Shown: positions 1-13,785 of the stretch, piece by piece
Layout of the letters: each line of letters starts with the position of its first letter
Numbering within the stretch: position 1 is the first letter of the stretch
Assembly (NCBI RefSeq): GCF_006345805.1
Contig: NC_043005.1
Coordinates: 86,366,001 to 86,430,000 of the forward strand
Source: Octopus sinensis
Taxonomy: Eukaryota
Length of the DNA: 64,000 nucleotides
Direction of reading: 5' to 3'
Notes under the pieces: generated by a model
What the model was told of the DNA's origin: nothing
Database searches by the model: none
Seen by the model: only the letters and a program-made list of their open reading frames with translations
Position numbers and translations under genes: made by a program

Positions 1-124
1 ACAAATACTTTGTCACCCCGAAGATATAATAAAAGACATCTGCCCATAGTTCCATGCAGTGGAAATGAACTCGGGATTATGTGGTTTGGAAGTAAACTTC
101 TCGCCACACAGCCATGCCTGTGCC
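1..124 (-). mobile_element. SINE family B head (partial, window edge)
   Basis: Reverse complement resembles the GGCGCAGGAGTGGCTGTGTGGTAAG...CATGGTTCC head seen intact at 61538; diverged. Confidence 0.6.
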
Positions 125-1283
125 AATGAATACGAAACAAAAAGAGCAACGAACACAATTGCCTAAACAAGCAGAAATAAAATAATATCGATAAAACAAA
201 ATTGTATTGAAAAGAAAAAGAAAACAGCGTGAGAATTGTTTCAAAAATAAACGAAATATATTGATTTTTATCATAAAGAGAATGTCTCAATTTTGGGTGG
301 TGAAACCAGCAAATTACTTCCAGCCCGATACCTTCTTTTATCGACCCCTGCAATCTAAAACTTACCTCAGTAGAATATGATCTCAATGAGGAGCCGTGAG
401 TACCTAATGAATAGTAGTTACTGCGCTGTATTGTAATACTGTCAATCAACTTCTCGTAAAACAAGTACATTAATATAATAAAAGAATTGTTAACTGATTA
501 AAATAGTAAAGAAAACAAGTAATGATGAGATATTTTGTAAGCATGAAAAGACGTAAGAAGTATTATAGGATTCGAGAAAATTATTTATATTACGCCAAAT
601 TAGACGCGTTCGCAAGAAAAATTTTGACATATTTTTTACGCAACAACGACTTACAAACTGAAGCAGAATATTTACAATACATTAAACACAATGAGATAGC
701 TGTATGTTACGTATAGGAACAATAATATTGGCTGATACGAACGCAGAGAACAACTTGGAAAAGAGGAAGTCAGAAAAGAAATATAAATATGAAATGGAGA
801 CTTTTAGTAATACAAAAGAAGGCGCGGAACAATCATAGGTGATAAGACAGTTCAAATACGATCTCTAATTTTACACGTATTTCTCTATCTGTCTCTTAAT
901 ATACACATACGTTATTAGCCACGGCGGCAGTATTAGGTCCTACACGCAGTCTACATACTTTACTTGACGTGAATATTTTGCAAGAAAGCCACGATATCGT
1001 GTATAGACGTACAGTGCTAAAAAGGACAGGCGTATTAGAAGCGTCGTTGTGAGGGTTAGTTCCCGGTATATCTAAGTATAGGCGCGTCATCGTGTCCGTT
1101 GGTATAGGATCAGTGGTGTCGCAGATACATATGAACACACCCCACCACACACACACGAAAATATACTTAATATACATATATATATATATATATAATATAT
1201 ATATTATATGTAATATATATGTGTGTGTGTGTGTGTGCGTGTGTGTGTGTGTATGTGTGTGTGTGATAATTATTTGGTTGTCG

Positions 1284-1346
1284 TAATGAAACTCAGAGTT
1301 TCGGAAGTCGGTGCTGAAGTCTCCTCTGGCATCTCATCAGTTATTA
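1284..1346 (-). ncRNA. Degenerate hammerhead-like motif
   Basis: Minus strand UAAUAA-CUGAUGA-G...C-GAAAC-UCUGA-GUU-UCAUUA. Stem I pairs 5 of 6, stem III is near-palindromic, stem II is poor. Confidence 0.35.
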
Positions 1347-1793
1347 AGACAAACGCTATAGAAAAGAAAAACCTTGAATAAAGGGAAATTACTCCAATAG
1401 GCATAGGGAAAGTAATACTTCATTCATATAATCGGCGTGTGTATATGTACGCATGGGTGTGTATGTAAATATGTGTGCATATGCGGATTCTATGAATAAA
1501 GTATTACTTTCCCCATGCCTATTAGAGTAATTTCCCTGTATTCAAAGGTAGTTAAATATCGAGGTTGTTACGTTCCAGACCACCACCACCACCACACCGC
1601 GATAGGGGAAAATCCGCGAAGTAGAAACAGTGTCGTGCTGTATATTTTAAAAATCATTTTCATAATATGCATATATTCATTTTGTTATAAATGCAAACAA
1701 CACCACAGAGGAATCTACGTAAGCTTAAATAATAAACCGCGATATATGAAGGATTATTGTATACCCGTTCTCACTCTCTATTTCTCTCTTGTT

Positions 1794-1838
<45 letters not shown>

Positions 1839-1852
1839 ACACACACACACAC

Positions 1853-1916
<64 letters not shown>

Positions 1917-2290
1917 ATGATGGCTGCAAACCTGAGTTCGTGTATTGCCATCGCCTCATCGAAAGTTCCACACATGCGAAGGTTATGACTAGCCATTTTT
2001 AAAATAGGTCTTACTTATATGTGTATATGCATACATACGTTAATATATACATATATCAGTATATACACATATGAATGTGCGAGCTCCTTTATTTTGTATT
2101 AACGAAAGCGTTGTTCCAGCAGTTTTTGCAGTCTATTTTTAATTTCGCAATCAATTAGACTTCCTTTCTTGTCACTTCATTTCGACTCAGACAATCTTTA
2201 CGTAGTTATTTGAATGTTTATTATAGTACGTAGCGACGTTTGGTTGTTTTACTTTTTATATGTTCCCAGTTCATTATTACTCAAATGTTT

Positions 2291-2697
2291 AAGGCGGCGA
2301 GCTGGCAGAAGCGTTAGCACGCCGGGCGAAATGATTAACTGTATCTCATCTGATCCTACGTTCTGAGTTCAAATTCTGCTGAGGTCGACTTTGCCTTTCA
2401 TCCTTTCGGGGTAGATTAATTAAGTACCAGTTACGCACTGGGGTCGATGTAATCGACTTAATCCGTTTGTCTTTCCTTGTTTGCCCTCTCTGTGTTTAGC
2501 CCCTTGTGGGTAGTAAAGGAATAGGTATTTCGTCTGTTACTACATTCTGAGTTCAAATCCCTCCGAGGTTGACTTTGACTTTCATCCTTTACAGGTCGAT
2601 AAATTAAGTACCAGTAAAACCCTGTGGTCGATCTAATCGACATATCTCCTCCCCCATTGTGGCTGCCCTTGTGGCGAAATTGGAAACCATTATTATT
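2291..2697 (+). mobile_element. SINE family A, tandem dimer
   Basis: Head AAGGCGGCGAGCTGGCAGAA, central GAGGTCGACTTTGCCTTTCATCCTTTCGGGG domain (tentatively Meta-domain-like), then a second 5'-truncated unit. Many copies in the window. Confidence 0.85.
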
Positions 2698-2934
2698 CAA
2701 CTATTTATATTTATTATGACATTTGGATTGTGTGTTTGTCGTCTGTATCGTCTTTCGAATAATGCATTGTGTTCTTTGGTAACGAGTTCTTCCATTTATC
2801 ATTTACTACTTTCGTCAAGAATTTTATACAGGTTGTCGGTGAAATTTACAGAAGTGTTACCAAAAAAAGAATTTGTCCATCTTCGAGTCGTTTTCAAAAG
2901 AGACAAGAAAAAGAAAATACCTACGTCCCACCTA

Positions 2935-2970
<36 letters not shown>

Positions 2971-2984
2971 CAAGAGAGAGAGAG

Positions 2985-3330
2985 AGAGAGAGGAGACCAA
3001 AGTGTACATACGCCGCTATATTCTTTTATATATAAAAAATACAAAAATAGGACAAGAACGCAAAACATGCGGTCAGACGATACGAAGACAAAAAGGACGG
3101 GTCATTTGGAGTCTTCTATTATCAGTCGAGTTCCAGAGTATCTTTGCAGTATCGACTGGTTATACTCGAGGTTCTTCCAATCTGGCCAGCTCCAAGGAAA
3201 ATCTAAGCTAAGAGCATTAGGTTCCTTGGAAGAAAGCAGCGAATGTATACGAAAACAAGGACGAAAAAAAAACGGAGAATGTTACACAAATACAAATGCA
3301 AATAACAGGACCTAACAACAGGTATCTTTC
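2985..3330 (-). mobile_element. Dispersed repeat family 3 (probable PLE terminal region)
   Basis: Reverse complement aligns with 34960-35284 and 27545-27760. Confidence 0.55.
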
Positions 3331-3343
3331 GACTAAGGACGAG

Positions 3344-3379
<36 letters not shown>

Positions 3380-3936
3380 CAAATAAGTAAAAAGGGTGTC
3401 AAGGTACTAATGCAATACGGCAATTTCAGGCGGCCCCATTTAATCGAACAATGCAACCATTTCATCAATTTGACATAGAGCGCCATCTTCAGTGTCAAAA
3501 TAAAAATATTCAACAGTCAAGGTATTTTATTATAGTTTTTAGCAGATATTTCATCAGAGCTAGAGATCGAAAGAATTCCATGCTGCTGCTAATGTAGCAG
3601 AATATGTTTACAGAGAAACAACTACAATTTTGGAATGGCAGAAGTGGAGACAGAGTGGGCGGGGTATGAGATCGGGAATTTAGCTACAATATATTATCTA
3701 TCCTCTTATCACCATCAGAAGATCTAATGCAGCTTGTATTGAGACACTAGTTGCTGGTCAGAAATTAATATTCGTGTATATTCTCGCAAATCCTAATTCT
3801 CTATGGCTATAGATTCACTTGACCACATAAAAAAAAATCTCAGAGGAAGTCATTTAGATAGTGGTATATTCCCAGTAAAATTGGTGGGGTGGGGGTGACA
3901 TAAACTATTTTATTATTATCAATAAAAGTGACCTAG

Positions 3937-4185
3937 TGGAGGCGCAATGTTCCAGTGGTTAGACCGGGCGTTGTGTGTGGTTATTAAGCGAAAACACCTA
4001 AATCTCCACGAGGCTCCGGCAGGGGATGATGGTGACTCCTGTTGTACTATTTCGCCCCACTCTTTCTCTCACTCTTTTTTCCTGTTTCTTGAGTAACGCT
4101 GCGATGGACTGGCGTCCCGTCCAGTTGGAGTCGGAACACATACGCCATAGAGACCGGGAAACCAGGCCCATGAGCTTTAAAAGGG
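3937..4185 (+). mobile_element. SINE family C (tRNA-like head), truncated
   Basis: TGGAGGCGCAATG..CCAGTGGTTAG head and body shared with 25533-26025. Confidence 0.7.
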
Positions 4186-4878
4186 TGCATAAGCTTTAAA
4201 AGGGTGCATAAATAAAAAAAAAAGTAAAAGTGACTTACAACAGAAAATGTAGATGGGATATTAGAATTACAGCGAGAAAAAACTTGGATATTATCAAAGT
4301 GTAGCAAAATCTATGTATTATTAAATTTAGTATCATAAAAGTATTTTTGTTAAACTTTAGGAAGGGATATAAGGACCCGATAACATAATAAGGATAAATA
4401 GACTAATTTAAGCACTAAAAAAGATTACTTATTTATAAAAAAAAAATCTTCATTATAGTTCATCCTAGCAGAAAATAAATGTGGTCATGATGAAACAATT
4501 CAAACAATGAACCTAACTTACGTTCAAAATATATCGGGGAAGGAGGGACACATTATGTAGTGATTGTAAACAAGCGATCAAAGGCAATGAAAATTATATA
4601 TATATATAGAGAGAGAGACATGCATACATACATACATACACACATACATACATGCATGCATACATACATGTAAATATATATATGTGTGTCTGTGTGTGTG
4701 TGTTCAATTCTCTCTCTCTCTCTCTCCATTTATACTACCAGACTTTAACTTTAGTGATTTAATGCTTCACTGCTCTACTCTCTAAAGTATGCTTCCTATT
4801 CAGATATATATACATATACATATATGTGTGTGTATGTGTATATATACATACACGCACACACACACATACATATATAAT

Positions 4879-5275
4879 AGGCGAAGGAGTGGTTGTGTGG
4901 TAAGTAGTTTGCTTACCAACTACACGGTTCTGGGTCCAATTGAAGACCCAGAGAATTGAAGGCGGCGAGCGGGCAGAAACGTTAGCACGCCGGGCGAAAT
5001 GCGTAGCCGTATTTCTTCCGCTGCTGCGTTCTGAGTTCAAATTCCGCCGAGGTCGACTTTGCCTTTCATCCTTTCGGGGTCGATAAATCAAGTACCAGTT
5101 ACGCACTGGGGTCGATATAATCGATTTAATTCGTTTGTCTGTCCTTGTTTGCCCTCTCTGTGTTTAGCCCCTTGTGAGTAGTAAAGAAGTAGGTTCTGGG
5201 TCCAATCCCTTTTGTAAGTGTCTTCTATCGCCACGTGAGTGGATTTGTTAGACAGAACCTGAGAGAATCCCGTCG

Positions 5276-5277
<2 letters not shown>
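4879..5277 (+). mobile_element. SINE family B split by a family A insertion (4941-5191) with 15-bp TSD
   Basis: GGTTCTGGGTCCAAT at 4926-4940 and 5192-5206 flanks a full family A copy. Confidence 0.85.
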
Positions 5278-5342
<65 letters not shown>

Positions 5343-5735
5343 AAAGAGAGAGAGAGAGGATGATACATTCAAATCTGGAATAGTTGATGACGGAATGAAA
5401 GTAGGTGACGATAGATACTTTCCAAAAGTTGAAGTAAGTTCGGTTAACGTAAGATGGGCCAGAGACTCTGTGAGCTCCTCAGAGGAACTAAGTGAATGGA
5501 AAACGATCTTGCATGTAGCAAAACAAGAATGCAGTGATTATATCAAGGAGTGATAGCGGAGGTTACATTGAGAGAATCCAAAATTATCGTTCTGTATACG
5601 TAGAAGAAATTCGGATCTAGCACTTTATTTATGTTGAGCGGCTTTTGCATGTTGCTGTTCCTGTATTTTTAAAACTATACGTCAATGAGAAATATTTCCT
5701 CCAGACAAATACTGCAGTTTGGAAAAGCTTTGGAT

Positions 5736-5776
<41 letters not shown>

Positions 5777-6415
5777 AGTCTATCTTAATGTACGGATGGA
5801 TTAACAAATTCCCTTTTTTTATAAATACAAAGTATCTATTCAATCCGCTGTGTGAGCGTATGTGCACCAAGCCCCTCGTGTACTCATACTTAAACCTTTG
5901 AGTAAGTTTGTACGAGAGAGGATATATTCCATATACAACCTAAAGAATGGCGTTTATACATCCATATCAACTAACGGTTATATATAACCCTTTTTCGGTG
6001 TAGTATGTATTTGTTTATTTTTGCATCCTATATTTATTATTATTCTTCTATAATAATGAAGCTCCACCCCGTAGTTCGCTGCTTTTGTATACACATACCG
6101 AGAAGGAATCTTGCGGAGCAGGCATTATTTTAAAGAGACACATCTTGTAATCACATGAGAAGACACATCTACACCGAGAGATACTGCTAAATCAGTTGTT
6201 CAGTATCACACTTTTGGTGAATCGATGCTGGATGCGAAAATAAATAAAAATAAAGAATGTGTAGTCGCTAGCAATCTATCATGGCGAATGATATATATAT
6301 ATATATAGTGAATCCAAAGAAGAACAAGCAAGAAAAAACACTAACGTGAGGATGTTGATCAAGTACTCTGCTATTGGACGCTCAGGAAAGCGGGAAAGGA
6401 GAGAAAAGAAAGAGG

Positions 6416-6450
6416 ATTTCACGTTTCGAGAGGAGCTCTTCATCAGAAAT
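6416..6450 (-). ncRNA. Minimal type-I hammerhead motif with non-cleavable GUG triplet
   Basis: Minus strand AUUU-CUGAUGA-A-GAG-CUCCU-CUC-GAAAC-GUG-AAAU. Stem I 4 bp, stem II 3 bp. Confidence 0.55.
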
Positions 6451-6549
6451 ATAGAAAAAGTCCAAAGAAGGGAAAACGAAGAAAGAAAATCGCCAACGAT
6501 ATACACGCGGTCACACACACACGCACACATATATACATATATAATATAT

Positions 6550-6611
<62 letters not shown>

Positions 6612-6737
6612 CGTGTGTGCGTGTCTGTGTGTGTGTGTGTATATATATATCGCGAAACACAATAGTCAGTAAATGTTGATATTATTTAATACCAGAATTA
6701 ACTCCATCTAAGCCTGATGATTGTGGGAATCTATGAA

Positions 6738-6768
<31 letters not shown>

Positions 6769-8134
6769 GGATAGAAAGACAGATAGAAAGATGGATAGAT
6801 GCATATCTACATGCATGCATACATACATACGAACTCACACAGCCATACACAAATGTATGTATATGTTGACATAGAATTTCAGGAAAGTATTGAGTAATAT
6901 GCAGCTAACGGTTACGTCCCAATAGTCTTCGTGATTAAATAGTAAACATATTGCCATCAATCTCAAAGTCCTGAACTCAGCTCAAGGTACATTGTTGTAC
7001 GATAAGAACATAATTGATTTACTAAAAGCCTTTGTAACACCAATAGAATTTTCATCACCTTCGTTAACATGAAATGAAAAATTAACTTTACCGATTTTGA
7101 AATTGAAAACCTAATTGAAGAGAACTGGCAACGAATGGCCATTCGGTTCATTGACTTATTGTTTCTGCCAGCACGCAATCATATTTATATATATATGAAT
7201 TATTAATCTTTAAAAATATCAATTTACTCTACGGATCAATAATACTATGTTTTTTCATTGAATGCTGATTGCAGCATTACGCGTTACATTATAATTTTCT
7301 GGTGTGTACTCGATTATTAGTGGTTTTTCGTTCGGTAATTGTCTGTTTTAATATGAAATGTTGAATATGGTTCACCAAGAACGTATTGCAGTAAGACGTA
7401 ATTGTTTTCATTAGTCGGTACACTCCGCCTCATCGTATCTGAATGACCAGAAATACACACCAAATTTGCGAAGTTGAAATGAATTCGGATTAAAAATCTA
7501 AATATAGTTACGATGTAGTTACCGTGAGTCATTGATCAAACGTTGTCATAGTAGTAGCTGTTGAACCATTCCAACTTCAACCATCATACATTCTTTTATG
7601 GCTAAGACATTACTGTCCAAGGAGCTGTGGTTTTTGAAAACAGCGCAGCGTGATTTCTAAGGATTTGTGCGTTATTTTATCATATCTAACAAGCTGAACA
7701 ACTTAAAAGAACTGTGACCGCTGTTTCGCATTGTAAGAGTTCTGAATGATAAATTAAATGGGTAAAGCTTCTAACAATGCAGAGATGAAAGGGTTATCTT
7801 CAGAAGTGTGCAGTCGCTGGTTAAAAACTTTCCGTTTTTCACTTATTATTTTAATTCTGTGCTACATTTCTTCAAGTGAACTTCACTTCTCTTCTTTTAA
7901 AATGATTGTTGTTAGTTCTTTGCTAGGTTCAAGTACTAAAACCGGAAGTGACAAGTGGTCATTTGATTAGTTGCATTTGATGCAACTGGTAACTTAATAC
8001 TCCACTAGCACTGAGATGGTATTCCACTTGGCTCTGTGGCGCCGTAAAATATATCTGGATGTCTTAGAATATCCATATAATTGCACGAAGGTCATATTAT
8101 ATATATAAAGAAAATTAACGAAAAATATTCTTTT

Positions 8135-8343
8135 CTACTCTAGGCAGAATGTCCGAAATTTTGGGGAATGGGATCAGTCGATTAGATCGACTCCAGTACA
8201 CAACTGGCGCTTAATTTATCGACCCCGAAAGGATGAAAGGCAGAGTCGACCTCGGCAGAATTTGAACCCAGAACGTAGCAATAGACGAAATACCGCAACA
8301 CATTTCGCCCGGTGTGCTAACGTTTCTGCCAACTCACCGCCTC
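8135..8343 (-). mobile_element. SINE family A
   Basis: Reverse complement of family A head, central domain and tail. Confidence 0.85.
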
Positions 8344-9139
8344 AAAAAAATTACATATTTCCTCACTGTCCAAAACTTTGAAGAATGTTCCTACAACGGA
8401 GTTGTGAGAGAAATTGTTAAATATGTCTTCCTAAAATAATACTTCCGTCTATGTCCACAACCCGTAAAATTTGGCCCTTAACACTTACTAAGGGAAAAGC
8501 GTTCATATATGAAAATGGAATGGCTGTAGATATTAACATGCCTCTCAAAATAAATATTATTTAATGAATTTAATGGAGGTTGACTCTGGAAAGATGAAGG
8601 TAAAAAGGCAGAATGGTGGGAGGGTTTGCTAATGTATATGTGTGCATAGAGTGAATCGTTGACAATTTATAGATTATTTATTGTCTCTCTTACCGTTCTT
8701 AGTTGTTAATTATTCATTCACGACAGCAAATATTCTGTAAAATACATTCAATCGTCCTTGCTAAAATTTCCGCTGCTCGTATTGAATATGTTTCAAGCAA
8801 AAATTTGAAATATAATGTGTAGCAAAATTTTTACCAGAATTTTTACATTTAAAGTAAAGTAGTAAGTATATTAAAACATAAATAAGGATATTATATAGTA
8901 GCTACTTTTGTAGATAGACATTCAAATGCATCAGTGTTGAATAAATTTTTAACTTCACTTTGCTTATGTAGCGATGCAGCGACTTGTAGGATATACCTGA
9001 AAGATATTTATTTTTGATAAGAGTGAAAATATCGATCCACTGACCGGCGCAATAACAAGACATGCATCGATGAATGTGCAATATCTGGTTACTACACGAT
9101 TAGTCATCATATTGATTTTATTTGGTGCGGGGGAAGGGG

Positions 9140-9310
9140 GAGAAGGTCAGCAATTTTGGGGGATAGGTTAAGTACATTTCCTCGATCCCAGTACTCACCT
9201 GGTACTTATCTTATCGACCTTGAAAGAATGAAAGGCAGAGTCGGATCTGGCGACCTTTGAATTCAGAACGTAAAGACGGGGAAAATGTCGCTAAGCAGCT
9301 CACCTGGCTG
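9140..9310 (-). mobile_element. SINE family A, diverged
   Basis: GGTACTTATCTTATCGACC..GAAAGAATGAAAGGCAGAGTCG matches the family A central domain. Confidence 0.75.
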
Positions 9311-10415
9311 GTTATCATATTGACATCGGTGTATGTTTTGTTCTGCAGGTATCATCTTGACCTGTTAGAAATCTAAGCTGCATGTTTTTAAGACAATATA
9401 TTACGTTTCATTTCACTGGTCATTATTTACAGCATTGGGTGATATCGTTATTTCTATAGTTTCTTTTATCTTTTACTATCAACACGACCGAAAACAATAA
9501 TGTTATTAGCAAGAACAAATCTGCCAACAAGAAATTGAAACCCATCAACAGGAATAATTCACACAGCACCACAAAACAATAAATCACAACAATATGAAAT
9601 CGCCGTCGACAGTATCAATAACACAGCTAAAATAACTGTTGCTACCAAAGCAAATGTGTGCAACAACACCATAATGTAATACAACAAAAACACTCCTGAG
9701 AAGAGAGGAAGAGGAAGAGAGGGAGAGGAAGAAAGAGGTAGAGGGCATCTAACTAGTCGCAGAATGGCTATAAATATCAAACCACTTTACAAGGTATTCT
9801 AAAAGAATACATCTGTTGCCAAATGTACACATAGGGAGAGAGGAACTGACTTTGATATACTTCGCTAGGTCTCACGTGAACAGAATAACATTTAAAATGA
9901 CATTTACTGAAACATCGTGAAAAAACAATATATATGGAAGACACTGAATTTTAAAACATTTCCGCAAATGACATCAACAAATGCTTCCAAAGGATTTTCG
10001 GATGCTCTGTTGATAATAATTTACTTATCTCACAAAATGCGAAATAACCTTCATATTGGTATGATCGAAATTTTCCGATCTTGGGTGAAATTGTGAAACG
10101 AATGCTGTTACAAATGGATGACTTTTGCTCATAGTAGCTCGCAAAGAGAAAGTTACAGTATATGTGGGTATGTGAGTGTGTGTGTGTGTGTGTGTGTATC
10201 TATGTATCTATGTATATATATGCTTATTTATATAGAAATGTGTGTGTGCATGCATATATACACATATTTATCTATTTATCCCTAGCTATGTATTTCTCTC
10301 GCCATCTTTCTCTGTCTGTCTGTCTCTGTCTGTCTCCCTCTCTGTATACACATACACACACACACATATATATAAATATATATATTATATGTATATGTGT
10401 GTGTGTATATGTATA

Positions 10416-10464
<49 letters not shown>

Positions 10465-11108
10465 GTAAATATATATTATGTATGCACATATACGCGCACA
10501 CTCATACACACACATGTCTGCATATGTGTAGATATAATCTATGTTTATATATATATATATATATATGCATGCATGCAAACATACATAACCCTCTTATATA
10601 CGTGTGAGTGTGTTTGTGTGTTTCTGTGCGCGCATGACTATCTGCACAGGCGCGTGTGTGGGCATATGTGCACGTTTTCGTGGAAGCGTAGCCGCAAGCA
10701 TCGAACTTGTACTATAGGAGTTTAGTGGATTAGTTTTAGCTCTCAGAGCTAAGACACTGACTCATTACCCTTTGGACACAAGTAATATAATATAAAGTGA
10801 CAGAATGTAATTTTCATATATAATTTGAGGAGATAGAATTGTGCTGAGATCTCCAGTTTAATCGGTAAATCCGTTGCATATCTGTCGGTAAGAGATACAC
10901 ATGTGTTTGGAGTAGAACTGAATCACTTATCTCTCCTGAATGGGCCCTTATGATGTCTATAATGTTGAGGTTAACATAGACTTTATATATTGAAATACAA
11001 AAGAAATGTTTAATGGGAAATGTAAATTCTGTATAAACGAGTTACCGTTATTATTCGCGCTATTTAATGGTTTCAGTGTTAATACTTCTGTAACCATCTG
11101 CAAATATG

Positions 11109-11925
11109 TACAGGGTGCGTTTAATACACTGTCGTTTAAATTATGCAAAAACTAAAAGAACATTAAACATCTTATTTTAACAGATGTATTTACCAAACTT
11201 GAATAAAAATATTTTGAAATACTAAAGAGAAAATGTATTCAATAAAATCGCCATTGGCTTCAACCATAGCTTCCAAACGACTTCGGAACCTCCGTCAACT
11301 CTCCTGGATGGTCTCCTTGATGAATGCTGCAATAATTCTTGCTTACAGTTCACCTTTGGCGTTACAAGGAGTTCTGTTGGTCTCCCGCACAAGTGTGCCC
11401 CGTACATAATAATCAAGGAGGCTGCAGTCTGGGAGGTTGGGTTGCCAGATGTTATAGGTGATGTGGTCACAGAAATTTTCTCACAGCCACGACTGAGTTC
11501 TTCTGCTTGTGTGGTATGGTGCAGAGTCCTGTTGCCAGACATAGGGTCTTCGAGAAGCCACCCTCTTGAGCCAGAGCAGCGCTACCTCTTCTAGGCACTT
11601 CATGAAGGACTCTGTGTTGAGTGTGAGGCCGTGTGGGAAGATGAATGGAGGCATAACTTTGCCATCACTGGTGATCACTCTAAACACCATGATATTGATT
11701 CTCTGTTTGATTTTTATCACTCTTGGTACATGTCCTCAGATTGCACTGTCCTCCAATTGACACACAATCAATCTGAAATGTTCATATATGAGCTTCTGGT
11801 GCAAATGCCAAGTAGCACAGCATGTCGTTTCCAAATTTCTGGCTGAGTGAATTGCATCGTGGTGCTGTTTTTCTTAGAGACGGTGCCCAACAGATCCTAC
11901 TACATTGGGAAGTGGACAAATAAAA
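11109..11925 (-). mobile_element. maT (DD37D) Tc1/mariner-superfamily element, internally deleted, one TIR
   Basis: Minus translation VWQQDSAPYHTSRRTQSWL*ENFCDHITYNIWQPNLPDCSLLDYY has 37 residues between the second and third catalytic D. TA plus CAGGGTGCG terminus at 11109. The N-terminal segment is joined directly to the catalytic part. Confidence 0.88.
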
Positions 11926-12019
11926 AAAAACAATGTGCATGCGCGTAATTAAAAATATAATGTGGCGACAATTTACCCATCGCAAATTATATATTTGTTG
12001 TCATGTTTTGGCACAAGGC

Positions 12020-12215
12020 CATGGAATTGCTGGGGAGGAGATGAGTCGATTAATCGACCCCAGAATTATTTTCGTTCTTTTCTGGTTCTTTTTCTATCGA
12101 CCCCGGATGGGATGAAAGGAAAAGTTGACCTCGGCGTAATTTGAAATCAGAGCATAATGTCAGACGAAATGACCGGAAGCACTTTTCTCGGCGTGCCAAC
12201 GATTCCGCCGGCTCA
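12020..12215 (-). mobile_element. SINE family A
   Basis: Reverse complement of central domain and head. Confidence 0.8.
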
Positions 12216-13396
12216 CCATATTCTCAATGAAAAGCGGGCTGAATGTTCAGAAACGTTAAACTTGGAGCAATGGTAGATTTAAGAGCCTGACTTATAATCT
12301 ATTAAAGAATACTCTTCACTGATACATTGAGTCCTCTAAATCAACAGGATTCAATATGATTTATATGTACTTGTATTTGCACGCATGTGTGTGTGTATGT
12401 GTATATGTGTATATATGTGTGTGATTATGTGGTTGAGTATGTATTCGTATAATTGCAAGAGAAAATTTTAAATTCGCTCTCTAAATTTCATTATTTGAAT
12501 TTAAAAAATCGTGGTTATGTAATCATGAACAGAAGGGTTTACACAGAAATATGGAACGGTAAACGAAACGGAAAAACATAGCACGTGGTTTGTTTTTTAT
12601 TATATGAATAAATATTTCTAATATTTATTACTAACCTTTACATTTGCTTGCTTCAAAGAGTAGACTGCGGTCATGCTAGAGCAATGCCTTATTTAATTTT
12701 GTAGTCGAATGAATCGCCACCAGTATTTCTATTCTAAAGCCTGGAGCTTATACTTTTGCCGAGCAGCTGAGGGACATAACCAAACCAGCAATTGTTATGA
12801 AGTGTTGGTGGGAGACAATGTATTTTGTGTAGTCTTAACACATATATAGACACATAGGATTTAATTCAAGAACATCATATACAGTGGCAACATTTCAAAG
12901 AGTAAATAAATGAAAAGCAGCTTTAACAGTCAGAATATTTTCATTAATATAGAAACTAACTGCGTATGGAAGAAGTTATTGATTTCGTTCTGCGTATATA
13001 TTATTTCATTTGCGTTGAATCTGTAAACTTATAGAAAATTGCGCGAACAAATGAACGAATAAAGTAGAAATATTTCATTTTATTTCTGTGTTCTTCAAAT
13101 ATATTTCTTATTTCAAATGTATAACTAATTTAGATAATTTATTGCTGCCGATTTGATAAGGAATCGACCAAAGAAATTGGTTTCAACAACACACAAGTTT
13201 TGAAGATTTTCTCAATGTAAAAATTCTTAATCCAGTTCTGTTTGGCAAAATGTCTACAGAATAAAGAATCGGAGAGATATTGTAATAAAAGGAATTCAAC
13301 TACACAACTCGATAACTTGTTACTATGAAATCTCTCTCTTTCTGGTTCTCTTTCTTTCTCACCCTGTCCTTCTCTCTCTGTACACGTACGTATATA

Positions 13397-13461
<65 letters not shown>

Positions 13462-13731
13462 GTGTGTGTGTATGTGTGCATAGAAACATACACTCACATA
13501 TACTCACACATAGAAAATCACACAATGCTATAAATAATAACATCTAAATATTGGGTTGCAGACCCTTTAGGGATAGAATTAGGAAGCAATCTAGCAAAAA
13601 CAAAAAGCCTTTTCTACATTACATTGAACAACAAAACTATAGTTATTTAAAAAATATTAATATTAATATCAATAACTAAGGCGGTGAGCGGACAGAATCG
13701 TTAGCATGCCAGGTGAAATGCTTACTTGCAG

Positions 13732-13785
13732 TTCGGACGAGTACGAAAGCGAGGAGGAAGGCGAGGATCCATCGCCAACGTGCAG
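13732..13785 (+). CDS. Putative 54-nt exon of unknown protein (FGRVRKRGGRRGSIANVQ in phase 0, or SDEYESEEEGEDPSPTC in phase 2)
   Basis: cttgcAG acceptor, CAG/GTGAGG donor, length divisible by 3, all three frames open, GC/CpG-rich against an AT-rich background. Confidence 0.35.

Noticed and set aside
9559-9780. Membrane-protein-like ORF with an upstream polypyrimidine tract
   Set aside because: The hydrophobicity derives from a decayed (AAC)n tract and the pyrimidine tract from a GA-type repeat. There is no donor and no homology recognised.
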